A DNA stretch of 64,000 bases from Cyanophora paradoxa CCMP329 (Eukaryota > Plantae > Glaucophyta): assembly GCA_004431415.1 (NCBI GenBank), contig QPMI01000017.1, forward strand, positions 62,001 through 126,000, read 5' to 3'. Numbering within the stretch: position 1 is the first letter of the stretch; each line of letters opens with the position of its first letter. A program made the position numbers and the translations under genes. Of this stretch, positions 22,549 through 35,680 are shown piece by piece. The notes beneath the pieces are model-generated. The model was given only the letters and a program-made list of their open reading frames with translations, did no database searches and was not told the origin of the DNA.

Positions 22549-22808
22549 TCGCCCGGTGACTCGCTTCTGGACGACAAGCGGCCCCTAAAAGCGCCGCGCT
22601 CCGCTTCGACGTCGCGCTCCGCCGACCGTGACCGCTACGCCGCTGTGCACGCCCTTCGCGCGGTTCAGGATGGCTCCGGCCACGTCGGGCAATCGTCGAA
22701 TGTGCGGAAGACGCGCTGGAAGCGATGGCAAGAGCGGTCAGGGCCGCCGCAGGGCGGGCCAGACGGGTACAGTCCTCTTTGAGCAGGTCAAGGCGGGCCG
22801 TCAAAACG

Positions 22809-25355
22809 ATGGCGTCGCAAAAGGTTCGCGCTGCTGGAATCTCGGCAGGTCATAGAAACGCTCCCCGAAAGGCCCCCGAAGTGACGGATTGTCGTCCGTT
22901 GCGGCTCCGAGCGCGGCCCGCAAACGGCATAGCTTTCTTTATCGACCGGCCTAGGATGTCTGGCATAGTGCACGAACCCTTGCGGCACGGCCTTGCCCGC
23001 CAGTTCGCCCAGCGCCGCTGTCCTGCCGTCCACTGTAACCGCCTTGCACGGTCGCCGGCTGGCGAGCCAGCGGCCATGCGGAAGTCGCTCTGACCGCTCG
23101 CCCTGTGCAGGAGGCGTGGAGTGAGGACGAGGCGGTGCACCGCGTGAGACCGGACATCTACCGCACCGCCGTCGCCTTCCAGAAGTACCAGGCGAGCGGC
23201 TCCCGCCGCCTGGCTGCCGCACGCCGCCGCTTTCGAGGCGCGCCTGACGCGCGGAGCAGGCGGCCCTGCAGTCGCTGCCGGGCGGGGAGCATGCGCCGAC
23301 CGAGGAGCAGATCGCGGAGGCGCTGACGCGCGCGGCCTTCCGCTACTTCGACCAGGGCGACGACGGGAAGCTGGAGTTCTCCGCGGAGAAGCTGGCGTTC
23401 AAGAACCGCGTGGCGGACCTGCGGGGGCCCGAGTACATCGTGGACGTGGACGGCAACGGGCGCGTCTCGGCGGAGGAGCTGGCGGCGGTGCCCTCGTTCC
23501 CGCTGACGCACGCGGAGGCGCTGGCGGAGTTCGACCTGAACGGGGACGCGGCGCTCTCGATGTACGAGTTCTACCGCGCCATGCAGGACGCCGGCCTGCG
23601 GGCGACCTTCAAGGAGGCCCTCGCCGCCCGCGAGCACGCGGGGGCGCCCCCGGCCCCGCCCGCCCCGCCCGCCCCGGAGCCCGCGGCGGCGGCGGAGGAG
23701 GAGGCGAAGGAGGAGGGGGCGGCGGAGGAGGGCGAGGGCGCGGGGGAGGAGGCGGCGGCGGCGGAGCCGGAGCCGGAGGAGGCGGAGGAAGAGGCGGAAC
23801 CCGAGGCGGAACCCGAGGCGGAGGCCGAGGCGGAGGTGGTGGAGAACGTGATCGAGGTGCAGGTGAACCTGCCGGAGCGGCCGGCGGGGTGGACGGCCCC
23901 CGCCCCCGCCACCCCCATCGCCGAGCGGCACGCGGAGGGCGTCGAGCTGGAGGACTACCTCGAGCAGCTGCGCCAGGCCGAGGAGGCCCGCGAGAAGGCC
24001 ATGGCGGCCAAGGCCAAGCTCGCGCCCCCGCCCCCGCCCCCGGCCCCCACCGTGCCCCAGCCGCCCCCGGCCGTGCCCGCCCCGGCCCCGCCCGTCCGCG
24101 AGCCGCTCTTCGAGGAGCCCGAGCCCGAGCCCGAGGCCGAACCGGAGCCGGAGCCGGAGCCGGAGCCGAAAGAGGATGAGGAGGAGGCGGGGCCGGCGGC
24201 GGCGCTGGTGCCGTGGAAGGTGCAGCACGACGGGGACGGGGACGGCCTGCTCTCCAAGGCGGAGCTCAAGCACGCCATCCTGCGCGAGTACGCCGAGGCC
24301 TACGGCGCGTCCCCCAACGACTCGGCCGTCGAGGCCACCCTCCAGGGGGCACGCCCGCCTCGCCCCGCCCCCTCCTGCTTCAGCTTCCTGACGTGCGCGG
24401 GGCGGGCGGCAGGTGATGGGGGCGTTCCACGACAGCAGCCAGGCGGGCGGGCGGGACGCGCTGGGCCGGGAGGAGCTGCGGACGGCGCAGCAGGTCCTCG
24501 GCAACCAGGACATCGCGTGGGCCATCGTCCAGAAGATCGGCGCCCCGTCCCGCCTCGCCAACGCCCCCAAGGACGCCGCCGGCCGGCCGGCCCCGCCCCC
24601 CGAGCCGGAGCCGCTGCCCGAGCCCGATCCCGAGCCCGAGGCGGAGGAGAAGGGTGCGGTGCCGCCGATCTCGGCGGAGGCGGTGGCGGTGCTGCGGGAC
24701 GGCTTCCTCGCGGCCGACGCGGACGGGGACGGCTCGCTCTCGCGGGCCGAGTGGTCCGAGCGGCTCGAGGCGGCCTGCAAGGAGGCCGGCCTCATGCGCG
24801 ACGAGCGCGACGCCCTCCGCGTCCTCGGCGCCATCGACCACGAGGCGCGCCGCCGCCGCCCGCCCCCGCCCCCGCCCCAGCCCGCCCCTGACCGCTGCCG
24901 CGTGCAGGTGCACGCGCTCTTCTCCTCGCGGCCCACGAGCGCCGACCACGCGGTCGACATCGCCGTCGACGGCGCCGGGCCGCCGCACAAGGCCCGCCCC
25001 GCCCCCAGTCCCCCGCCCCGTCCTCCCCCCCGCAAAGGCCTTGACGGCACCGCAGATGGGCGCCGGGGAGTTCGCGGACCTGGCGATCCGGGCGGCCGGG
25101 GTGAGCGGGGGGCGGGTGGAGGACCCCTTCAAGCTCGTCGTGGAGAGCATCGCGGGCAACCTCGGCCTCCAGATCCGCCCCGCCGCCGCCGACGGCGAGT
25201 GGGACTGGGGCGCCCACGCCGCCGTCGCCGCCGCCGGCGCGCTGCCGACGGACGCGGAGGGCGCGGGCAGCAGCGGCGGCGCGTACTACGAGGCCCCGGC
25301 GGCCGAGGAGGCCGAGGCCGAGTGGGGCGTCGACGAGTCGGAGGCCTTCCTGTAA
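22809..25355 (+). CDS. Multi-EF-hand, Pro/Glu-rich calcium-binding protein
   Basis: EF loops DQGDDGKLEF, DVDGNGRVSAEE, DLNGDAALSMYE, DGDGDGLLSKAE, DADGDGSLSRAE. 5' exons uncertain. Confidence 0.75.
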
Positions 25356-25537
25356 CCATGCGCCCCCCGCCCCCGCCCGCCCCGCCGCCGCGCCGCGCCA
25401 GCTAGATAGCGAACCGATACTTACATTAGACTGAGCTCGCTCGAGCGAGTGCGTGCACACGGGCGATACAGGGGCACCGGCGCGGAGCGCGGACCGGAGC
25501 GCGAGGCGGCGGGGCGCGGGGGAGAAGCTTAAGCCGC

Positions 25538-27328
25538 TCAGAGGGCGCTCATGTAGTTGTCTGCGCGCAGGCGGCCGGCCACGGGGGCGCGTCAGCGAGG
25601 GCGTGGCGGGGTGGGGCGAGGGGTCCGCACGGAGGTACTCGAGGAACGGCATGTTCTCCTTCGGGGTCGTCGCCGGGCCCACCTGCGCGTGCACGCGCGG
25701 GCGGGGGCGGGCGGCCGGTCAGAGGCGGCGCGCGAGCGGCCGGACTGAATCGGAGCTGCAGCTGCCGGCGCGCCTTCTGCTTGAGGCCTGCGGCCGGGGT
25801 GGGGCGCGTGAGGGACGGGGAAGGCGGGGCGGGAAGCGAGGCCTGCGGGAGGGCGCACCCTGGTCCATCTGGGGCGAGGCGATGACCTGAGGCGGCCCGG
25901 GCAGCCAGTGAGCGGCAAGAAAGGGGCCACGATATCGCCCGGGCGCGCGTCCTGGCCCAGGTTCCACTGCCGGCGGATTCGTGGTCAGGTGGGGGCGGGG
26001 ACTTCGACTTCGAGGGGGCGGGAGGGCCGGGGCGCACGTTGGCCGGCGTGTAGACCTTGAGCTTGTCGTGGACCTGGAGGGCGTTGATGACGCGCACGAT
26101 CTCGTCGAGGTTGCGGCCCATCGAGTTCGGGTACTGCGCCATCCACCTGCGCCCAGGCAGCCCGTGAGGGAGGGCGGGAGGGCGAGGGGAGGCGGGGCGG
26201 CACCGGATCTTCTTCGTGTCGTCGATCAGGACCGTCAGGCGGAGGGCGATCGGCTACGCGCGCGAGCCCCCTCAGTAACCGCCCGGCGCCCCAAACACAT
26301 GCGCGGCGCGCCTTGCCGTCGTCGGCCTTGAACTCGGTGTTGAGGGCGTTGTAGCTCTCCGCGATCTTCCGGTCCACGTCCGACACGATCTGAGGCGCCC
26401 CGCCCGGGGCGAGCTGCCTTCAGCGCCAGCGCCGGCCGCAGCTGCGGCGGGCCGGAGTGGATGGGAGGAACCGGGAAGGGGATCTGGTGGTTCCAGTTCT
26501 TCTCGATGAGCTCCGACCACTTCGAGCACTTGTCCAGATCTGACCGCGCCCGCGCCGCGGCCGCGGGTTGTTAACTCGAGGGGTGCGCATGCACACGAGC
26601 TCGAGCTGGGCGCTAAATGAATATGTACACTGTAGATTTCTATACGTAGTACAGTTAAGACGCGGCCCCCGGCGCCGGCCGCACCGGAGCGCGAGATGGC
26701 GACCGGCTTGACGTTCGCCTTGTTGTAGAGCTCCATGTACTTCTCGTTCGAAATCTGCGGGGCGAAAGTATGCAAGTAAAAAGCCCGCGCCACGGCCATG
26801 GCCTTCGCGTGAAGGGCGTTGGCGAGATCTAAAGCGTGGCCATGCGCATGCATGCGCATGGTCATGGTACCGGTGCGCATGCGCGGCGGGCAGCGGCAGG
26901 AACAAGCACGGCGCGGCACGTACCTCGGCCATCTCCGTGGAGCACACTGCCGGAAATCAAATCGCGATCGAGCGAATGCGCGCGCTCAGCGCGACGGGCG
27001 CGGGACACGGGGACGGGCGCGCGCGCGGCCGGCGCCGGCGAGTACCGGGCGTGAGGGCGGCTGCGTAAGGAGGCGCAAATCAACGTCGGCGCTCATGATC
27101 GGGAGAGGCGCCGGACGAGGGCACGGGAGAGCGGACCCAATCCGAAGTGAAGCGCGACCTGCGGCGGGTGCGAGATGAGCGATTTCATGCGCGCCAATCG
27201 TGCGCGGGCTCTCGGCGCACCCAGGAGCCTTTGTTGTTGTCCATGAACGAGTAGAGCGAGAAAGTGCCCTGCGTGGACTCGCTAGTGAAGTCGGGAGCCT
27301 GCTGACCGACGGAGATGCTCGAGGACAT
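25538..27328 (-). CDS. 1-Cys peroxiredoxin (Prx6 family)
   Basis: Spliced: MSSSISVGQQAPDFTSESTQG...GSW|VALHFGLA|ALTP|VCSTEMAE...IPFP|IVSDVDRKIA...ALRLTVLIDDTKKIR|WMAQYPNSMGRNLDEIVRVINALQ..VYTPAN|W. Confidence 0.88.
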
Positions 27329-27687
27329 GGCTGTAGCGAGAGCGGAGCGAGCGAGAGAATTCGAAGAAGCAGCAGGAGCTTAGGAGCTGGTCGAACGAGT
27401 ACAAGAATGAGCTCAAGGGGGATACACCCTCAAACAAGCGAACGCTCGCCCCGCGCGCCTGCCGAGTCGCAGTGCATACGCATCCAGTCATCGGCCGCAG
27501 CGGCAGCATCGGAGCTCGCGATCAAGGCTAGGCGCCAGAAACCTGCTCGATCTCTCGAATTCGAACTAAACTGGCACCGCGTGCGCATGCACACCTGCGC
27601 CGGCGCCGCATGCCCATGGCCAGCAGCCAGAGGCAGAGATTTTTTAAAAAAACCTTGACGCAGATAGAATTCGGAGTATCCAATAAG

Positions 27688-30600
27688 TTAGCGGTGCCTG
27701 GCGGCGGGGCCGACGCGGAGCTCGAAGGGCGCGAGCTCGACGCCGGCCACGGGCCCCGCGGAGCCCGGGCGGGGCGGGGCGGGGCGCCGGGCGCCGGCAG
27801 CCGGGGGCCGCTGCGCGGCCGAGGGGCCCGGCGGTGCCGGGGCGGGGAGGACCGGGGCCGCCGGGGCGGGGGCGGGGGCCCTGGGGGCGGGCTGGAGGGT
27901 GCAGTACCACTGGCTGCTCGTGTCGGGGTCCACCAGGCGGACGACGAGGCCCGTGCCCGGGAGGGCGCCCGGGCCAGCGCCCCGCCGGCAGCCCGAACGC
28001 CCGCGGCTGCACCGCCGCCTTCCGCGGCGGCGCCGGCCGCGGCGGCTGCGGCGGCGGCGGCGCGGCCTCGGCCTGGAGCGGCGTGCGGGGGCGCGAGGGG
28101 CGAGGGTGGCGGCGGAGGGCGGGCGGCCGAGCCCCGCGCTGGAGCCCGGGCGCGAGGCCGGCGCCTCGGCGTCCGGGGCGGGGGCCAGGGGCATGGCGGG
28201 GAGCGAGGCGGGGGCGCGCGGGGCGGGAGGCCGGCGGGGCGGGGCGGGGCGGCGGCCGCCCGCGCCGCCGCCTCGAGCAGGTCGGCCTTCATGCGCGCCG
28301 CGCGGGCCGCCGCCTCCGCCGCCGCCGCCGTGTACGCCGACGCCGGCCGCTTCGCCGCAATCGCCCCGGCCGTCAGCAGTGGGCTCGAGGCGGCGTGGCC
28401 GGCGGCCGCCCCGGGCCTCCGCGGGGGCAGCGTCGGCAGCGACGCCGAGGCCCCAGGCCGGGCGGCGAGCCGGGCGGGGAGGCCCGGGGGCGGGGCGGAT
28501 GCGGCGGGGGCCGGCTGCGCGGGGCGCCGGCGGGTCCCAGGCCCAGCGGGCGGCGAGGGCGTCCCAGGCCCAGGCCCCGCGGGGGGCTCCAGCGCCTTCC
28601 ACGCCCCGGGCTCCAGGCCCGGCCAGAGGCGGGGTCGAACCCCTGCGGCCACGCGCCCGGCGGGAAGGCCGCCGCGCCGTCGCCGCCGCCGCCGAGGGCC
28701 GAGGCCGGCGGGGCGGACGCGACGGAGGCGGGCGGCGAGGGTCCGGCGGGGGTGCCGAGGGCCGAGCCGGAGAGGCCGGCGGGCCAGAGCGCGTCGGGGG
28801 CGCCCGGGCCCCCTGCTGGTAGGCAGCGCCCATGCGGAGCCAGCGGGCGGCGCGGGCGCTCATCCCCTCCCACTCCGGCGCCGGCGGCAGGGCCCCGTCC
28901 AGCCGGCAAAGCCCGGCTCGCCGGCGGGGCGCCCGGCTCGCCGCTGAGCTCCGAGGGGCGGGGGAGGTCGCCCGCGAGTCCGCCCCGCCCGGCGACGGGC
29001 TCCGCGAGCCGCGGGGCCGCCCGCGGGCCCCGTCAGCCGCTCGTACGCGTCTGCGCCCGAGGTGAGGCGGCGGGGCCGGCGCGGCGCGCGTCCGGCGGCG
29101 GGACGGCGGGGCGCACCGCTGCGGATGAAGTACGTCGTGACGACCTTGCCCTTGCCGGCGGCTTCCGGCGGGGCAGCTGGGGGGGCGGCGGGGGCGGCGG
29201 GGCGGACGGCGGGGGCCGGCGGGGGGCGGAGCGGGCGGGCCGGGCGGTCTCCAGGACGAGCGGAGCGCAGCACCCCGGCTCGACCTCTGCGGGACGAGGG
29301 CTTAGCCAGCTAGCTGGAGAGGCAGAGGCGGGCGGGGCGGGACGGGGACCCCAGATCTTGCGGAGGGCGTGGGCGGGGCGGCCGTCGACGCCCTCGGAGC
29401 GCTCGGTGATGGCCTCGACGAGGCCCGAGAGGAGGCGGCGGTACTCCTCGGCCCCCACGCCCTCCGTCCACAGGTCCACCAGCTCGAACAGGCTCCCCGC
29501 GAACCTTCGCGCGAGGCGAGTGAGCGCGCGAGGCGGAGAGGAGCGGAGGGAGAGAGACGGTTCGGGCGCACGCTGCAGGGGACATGGTCGGCTGCCCGCG
29601 GGAGTCAGCCTCCCAGTCGGCGGCGGCGCAGGCGTCCGCGTGCGCCGGGTCCCACCGCCGGTGCAGCGCCCGGTAGAAGAGCCGGCTCACCCTGCGGCCT
29701 TTCAGGGGGCGCGGCACGCGGCGTGCGGGCGGGGCGCCGCGCACGCCATGTAGGCCTCGCGGTCGATCCCGCCGGCCTCCCCCTTCGCCGACGCCGCCAC
29801 CGCCTTCCAGAGCTGCCGGCGAGCAAACGAAGTGAGCGGGGCGGAAAAGGAGAAGGGGCGGGGCGGCGCGCGTCGCGGGTGAGGGCGCGGAGGCCGGCGT
29901 CGAAGCGGAGGAGGTCGCGCCGCACGAGGTTCGCCGGCTCGTACAGCGCCGGCTCCGGCAGCAGCGCCACCGGCAGCGCCGGCACCGGGAACTGCGCCGC
30001 CACCTGCGGCCCCGCCCGCCCGCCGGCGTCAGTTGGAGGCGAGGGGGGATAGGGGAAGGGAGGAGGGTACGGGCCTCCTCGAGGATGCCGCGCTCGGGGC
30101 TCTTGCCGCGGGCGCGCTCCGCCGCCGCGATCCGCGCCGCCTCGTCGTCCTCGCCGCCCCGCGCCGGCGGCGGCCCCCGCGCCGTCATGGGGCCGGCGGG
30201 GGCCCGCGGGGCCAGCTCGGAGAGCGCGGGGGCGAGGGCGTGGATGGAGGGGGGTGGACGGGCTGCTCGGGCCCGCGCTCAGCTCGATCTGGAGCCGCGA
30301 GAGCGCCGCGAGGCTGCCGCCGGCCTCCTCGGCCCCGGGGCGACCCGCCTGGGCCCGCCGGCCCGCCCGGGCCACCCGGTCCAGCTTGCGGGCCGCCGCC
30401 GAGCTCGGCCGGTACGCCGCCAGCTCCGCGCGGGACCCGGGCCGAGGGCGAGGGCGACCGGGAGCCGGCGGGGGCCGGGCGGGGCGGGGAGGGCGGCCCG
30501 CGGGGCCGGCGCGCCCTCCTCCCCTCCTCTTCGTCGCTCGAGGCGCCCTCTCCCTCTCCATCCTCCTCCTCGTCCTCGTCGCCCAGCAGGGCCGCGCCCC

Positions 30601-31452
30601 GCCCGCCGGCCGCCGCTCCTCCTCCGCCCGCTCCCCGCCTCCCGTCGGACGCCTCCGACGCCTCGGCCGAGGCCCCGCCGGGGCCGGCAGCGCAGGCGGC
30701 GGCGACGGCGAGCGCGAGCGCGAGTCGCCGGGGGCGTTGAGCGGCGGGGGCGCCGCGCCACCGCGGATCTCCCCCGCGCGGCGCTTCCGCCCGTCGAAGT
30801 CGATGAGGCTGCGGGAGCGCGGGCGGCGCAGCGCGGCCCGCTGCTCCTCCGTGAGGGGCTTGGCCGCCATCTTGTATACCCGCACGCTCGTCTTGTACTC
30901 GCCCTTGGCGCCCTTCTTGGCGCGCGCGCTCGGCGGCTCCCACTCGGGCGCCGCCGGCCCGAGCAGGGAGAGCGTCCGGGCCGCCATGCGCCGCCGCTGC
31001 CGCTCCTCCGCATCGTCCCCGCTCGCTGTCGCCTGCAGCTGCTTCCCGGCGGCGCCGGCGGCCCGCTGCATCTCCTGCAGCTGCCGCGCCTGCGTCTCGT
31101 GCGTCTGCGGGACCGGTCAGCTCCCCAGCGAGAGCGCGGGGGGAGGGCGCGCGCCTGGATCTCGACGTCATCGAGCTTCAGGAAGAGGACCTGCGCGCTG
31201 CGGCTCAGCGCGCGCTGGCTCGGCGGCTCGGGGACGGCGGCGGAACGGACCGGGGAGACGGCGCTGAGGTCCCGGTGGTCGATGACGGGCAGATTCCTCG
31301 TGTACGATGCAAACTCGTTCGCTGCAGATATGACTTGGACTGCGGGGGCCGTGCGCGCTCAGCGCAAAGCGCACAGGATTGTGCACTAAAAACGACCACT
31401 GACCTGCACGGCGGAACCGCGCGGCTGCCGTGGCTCTGTGCGCTTCGTCCAT
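27688..31452 (-). CDS. Large low-complexity hypothetical protein with an internal helical (EF-hand-like) block
   Basis: Intron-bounded exons including LWKAVAASAKGEAGGIDREAY, ADWEADSRGQPTMS and FAGSLFELVDLWTEGVGAEEYRRLL. Could be more than one gene. Confidence 0.55.
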
Positions 31453-31794
31453 GGTTCTCGAGCGCGCCGCGGCGCTAGCGACGCCCGGCAGCCGCGCAGC
31501 GCTCGCCGCTCGATCGTAGAGTCGTTGGTGGCTGGGGAGCTGATCTTGCGCTTGGCCGGCTACATTAGCTGTGCACGAGCTTAGCTCAGCTTGAGTGAGC
31601 TTCGCTCGAGAGACTGCCAACTAACTGGTAGTAACTGCTCGTCTGCCAGCTGGTCGACCAGGTGCGAACGAAGTGGGCTGGCCGCTCCGCTTCTTCAGCT
31701 CGAAGGCCGAACCGGCACAGCGCAAAGAAGCTGGTGCACAGCTGCAGCAGACGCACTGGTAGCTTAATCGGCGGTTGCCGGGGTGCCAGGCAGG

Positions 31795-34124
31795 ATGGCG
31801 GAGGTTGAGAGGAGCGGGTTTCGAGGCCTTTTCACCAGGCCGAGGTCGAAGTCTGAAGGTACAGTGCCAAGCCTCGATTAAGCCGATCTTGGGCGCTCAC
31901 GACGCGCCAGCCCCAGCGCCGGAGGAGCCACAGCCGCCGAACCCAGCTCCAGTGATTTCAGGCTTCAGCTCGGGCGTCGACGACCTGCTAGGAAACGCCG
32001 AGGAGCAGAAGAAGAAGTCGTTCTTCAGTTTGCACAGGAAGAAGGATGCCGCCCAGAAGCCCGGTTCGTATGCGTGGCGCTACAAGGACTGCGGCGGCTC
32101 GGCGCGGAGCTGAAGCGTTCGTTCTCGCAGAGGAGAGTCAAGCTGCGGATTCGCAGACGGCGGCCGAGCAGCGCCGGCGGTGGACTGTGTTCGGCGGCCG
32201 CAAGGAGCAGGCTGAGCTCGGGCCGCCGCCAGGCACGTCTCCGGCGCCCCGGCGTGGGCCGTAGCGCGCTGAGCGATCCGCAGCACCGGCGCTAGAAGCC
32301 TCGTCGAGCGCCGGGTCCGCCGTGACGGATGCCTCGGAGCGGTCCGACGGCGCCGGCAAAGGGAAGAAAGTGTCTTCTGGCTTCTTCTCCCGGGGCCGCA
32401 AGGGTGCGCCGCGCGCGCCGCTCCGCACAGGGGCGCTGCGGACGGCGCGCCTTCCTTTTGGCGGGGGCCGACGGGGCGGGGCGGGCGTAGACACCGAGTC
32501 GGACGCGGGGGACGGGTCGGAGAAGTCGCGGGTGCGGTCGCTGCTGGGCGTGTTCAAGCGGGAGAAGCAGGAGCCGTCGCGGACGCCCTCGCCGAGCTCG
32601 TCGCGGCGCAACTCGCAGGACAGCACGAGCAACGGGGGCAGCAACCCGAGCTCGGCGCACGCCTTCACCTCGCCCGACGGCCTCCACGTCGTGACGAGCC
32701 CCGGGGCCGGCCTCGACGACCTCCAGCCCCGGCGCTCCAGCCTTTCTACCATGCTCCGCAAGTCACCCATGCCGGCCCCGGCCTCCAGGTCACCCCGGCC
32801 GCGCTCGCCCTCGGGGGCGGGGGCGGGGGCCCGCCCGGAGCCCCCCGCGCTGGACGCCGCCTCGATGCCGCCGGCGGGGGATCGGTCGGAGACGCCGCCG
32901 CGGCGGACGTGGTTCGCGAAGCGGCGGGGCAGCAGGACGCCCGAGCCAGCCGCCATCGAGGTTAACGGGGCGCCCCTCGACCCAGCAGCCGCCGCGCAGC
33001 CGCCGGCCCCCGACAGCCCCGTCGGTGCGGCCCCGCCCGCGCCGCGCGCAGGGTGACCGCGGGTGACGCGGCGGCGGCGGTCAGACTGGGGCTTCGGGGC
33101 GACGGCGAGCAGCCGGTCGATCGCGACGATGCCGAACGCGCGCTCCGGGTACATCCCCGCGATGCGCGTCTCGGACTTCGCGCCGGCCCCCGAGGACATC
33201 ATGGACGGCGAGGAGGCGCACGCCCACGCCCAGGCCCCGGCCTCCTCCTCGCTCGAGCGGCGCGCCAACCCCATGCTCGCCCAGGCCGATCGCTTCCAGT
33301 CGGAGCTCGCCGCCCGCGACCGCGGCGCCGGCCCGGGGGCGGGGGCGGGGCCGGGGGCGGGGGCGGGGCAGGGGCGGCGGTCCTCGGACCCCTCGACGCT
33401 GGCGGCGGCGCTGGAGAACCCGGAGGAGGCGGGGCCGCCGGAGGAGGGCGGGGAGCCCTCCACCCGGGGCGAGCGGCGCTGGTGGAACCCCTTCGGCCTT
33501 GGCCTCGCCGACAACAGGAAGAAGGCGGGGGAGCGCCCGGGGGCGCCCTCCCCGCCCGTGGTGGCGGAGGCGGGGGCGGGGGCGGGGGCGGGCCCGCCGA
33601 AGCTGCACACGGGGTTCCTGCAGAAGCAGCGGCGCAAGACCAAGACCTGGGCCGAGCGCTACTTCGAGCTCGACGGTGCGCGGCGCGGCGCGGTGGGGCG
33701 GGGCCCCCCGAGCGCCCCGCCGCCCCCGCCCCCGCCTGACGCGCCCGGGCGTGCCCGCAGCGGCGGCGCTGGTGCAGCACGTGACGGCGCCGGAGGACCG
33801 GGAACGGAAGCTGCGGAAGAAGAAGTGGCTGCGGGGCGACGGCGAGGCGCCGCGCAAGGAGACGCCGGTGGCGCAGCTCGCGACGCCGACGCTCACCGAC
33901 GAGCGCAAGTGCGAGTTCTGCGTCGCCGTCGGCGGGCCCGGCGGCATGGAGGTGCGCCCCGGAGGCGCCCGGGGTCGGCTCCTCGCCTGACGGGGGCGCT
34001 CGCTCAGGTGAAGCACTTCCGGGCGGCGACGCGGGACGAAGCGATCGAGTGGGTCACGCGCCTCCGCCAGGCCATCTCCCTCGCCTCCCGCCGGCCCTCC
34101 TCCCTCACGCCCCCGCCGCTCTAG
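31795..34124 (+). CDS. Ser/Pro-rich protein with a C-terminal PH domain
   Basis: LHTGFLQKQRRKTKTWAERYFELD...CEFCVAV...|VKHFRAATRDEAIEWVTRLRQAI. Confidence 0.8.
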
Positions 34125-34351
34125 CCGCCATCGCGATCTCGATCGCGAGCCATCCCTCGCGAGGCGCCCCGCATGCGTGCCTGCGTCTGCGTGCGTGCAT
34201 TCTGGTAGAGTGTATAGTAAGCCTAGTTCAAGTTCTACGGTAGGGCCGCATCTGCATAGTCATGCGTGCGTGTCATGCATGTTAAGCTACGTGTTACTCT
34301 GCAAAGCAAAGGAAATTTCAAATCCAAAGAGCGAGGGCTGGGCCGCCTGGC

Positions 34352-35343
<992 letters not shown>

Positions 35344-35680
35344 CGCTTTAGCTTGGATGGGCCTGGCGGTAAAAGTAGCGTGAGCATTACAGGGCGGGCT
35401 GGCCGCGCGCGCGCGGAAGACTCGCTTATTCTATCTCTCGCCGCTTTATCGACTAGCGTCGCCCGGCGTCGGTTCGTCGGCCGCGCGCGTTAGCCGAGCC
35501 GGTCGCCGAACACAGGCGGAGCTTCGACCAGGCGGAACAAGGTGCGCAGATAAGAAGAAAGCAACCTATAGGGACTAAAAAACAAACACGCCCGAGTTGC
35601 CGTGCGGCACCTAGCTTTGCCAGACCGCGCACCTTGTTTTCGAACCTGTACCCTAGACCTTTTTTTCGCAGACCGTTGCG

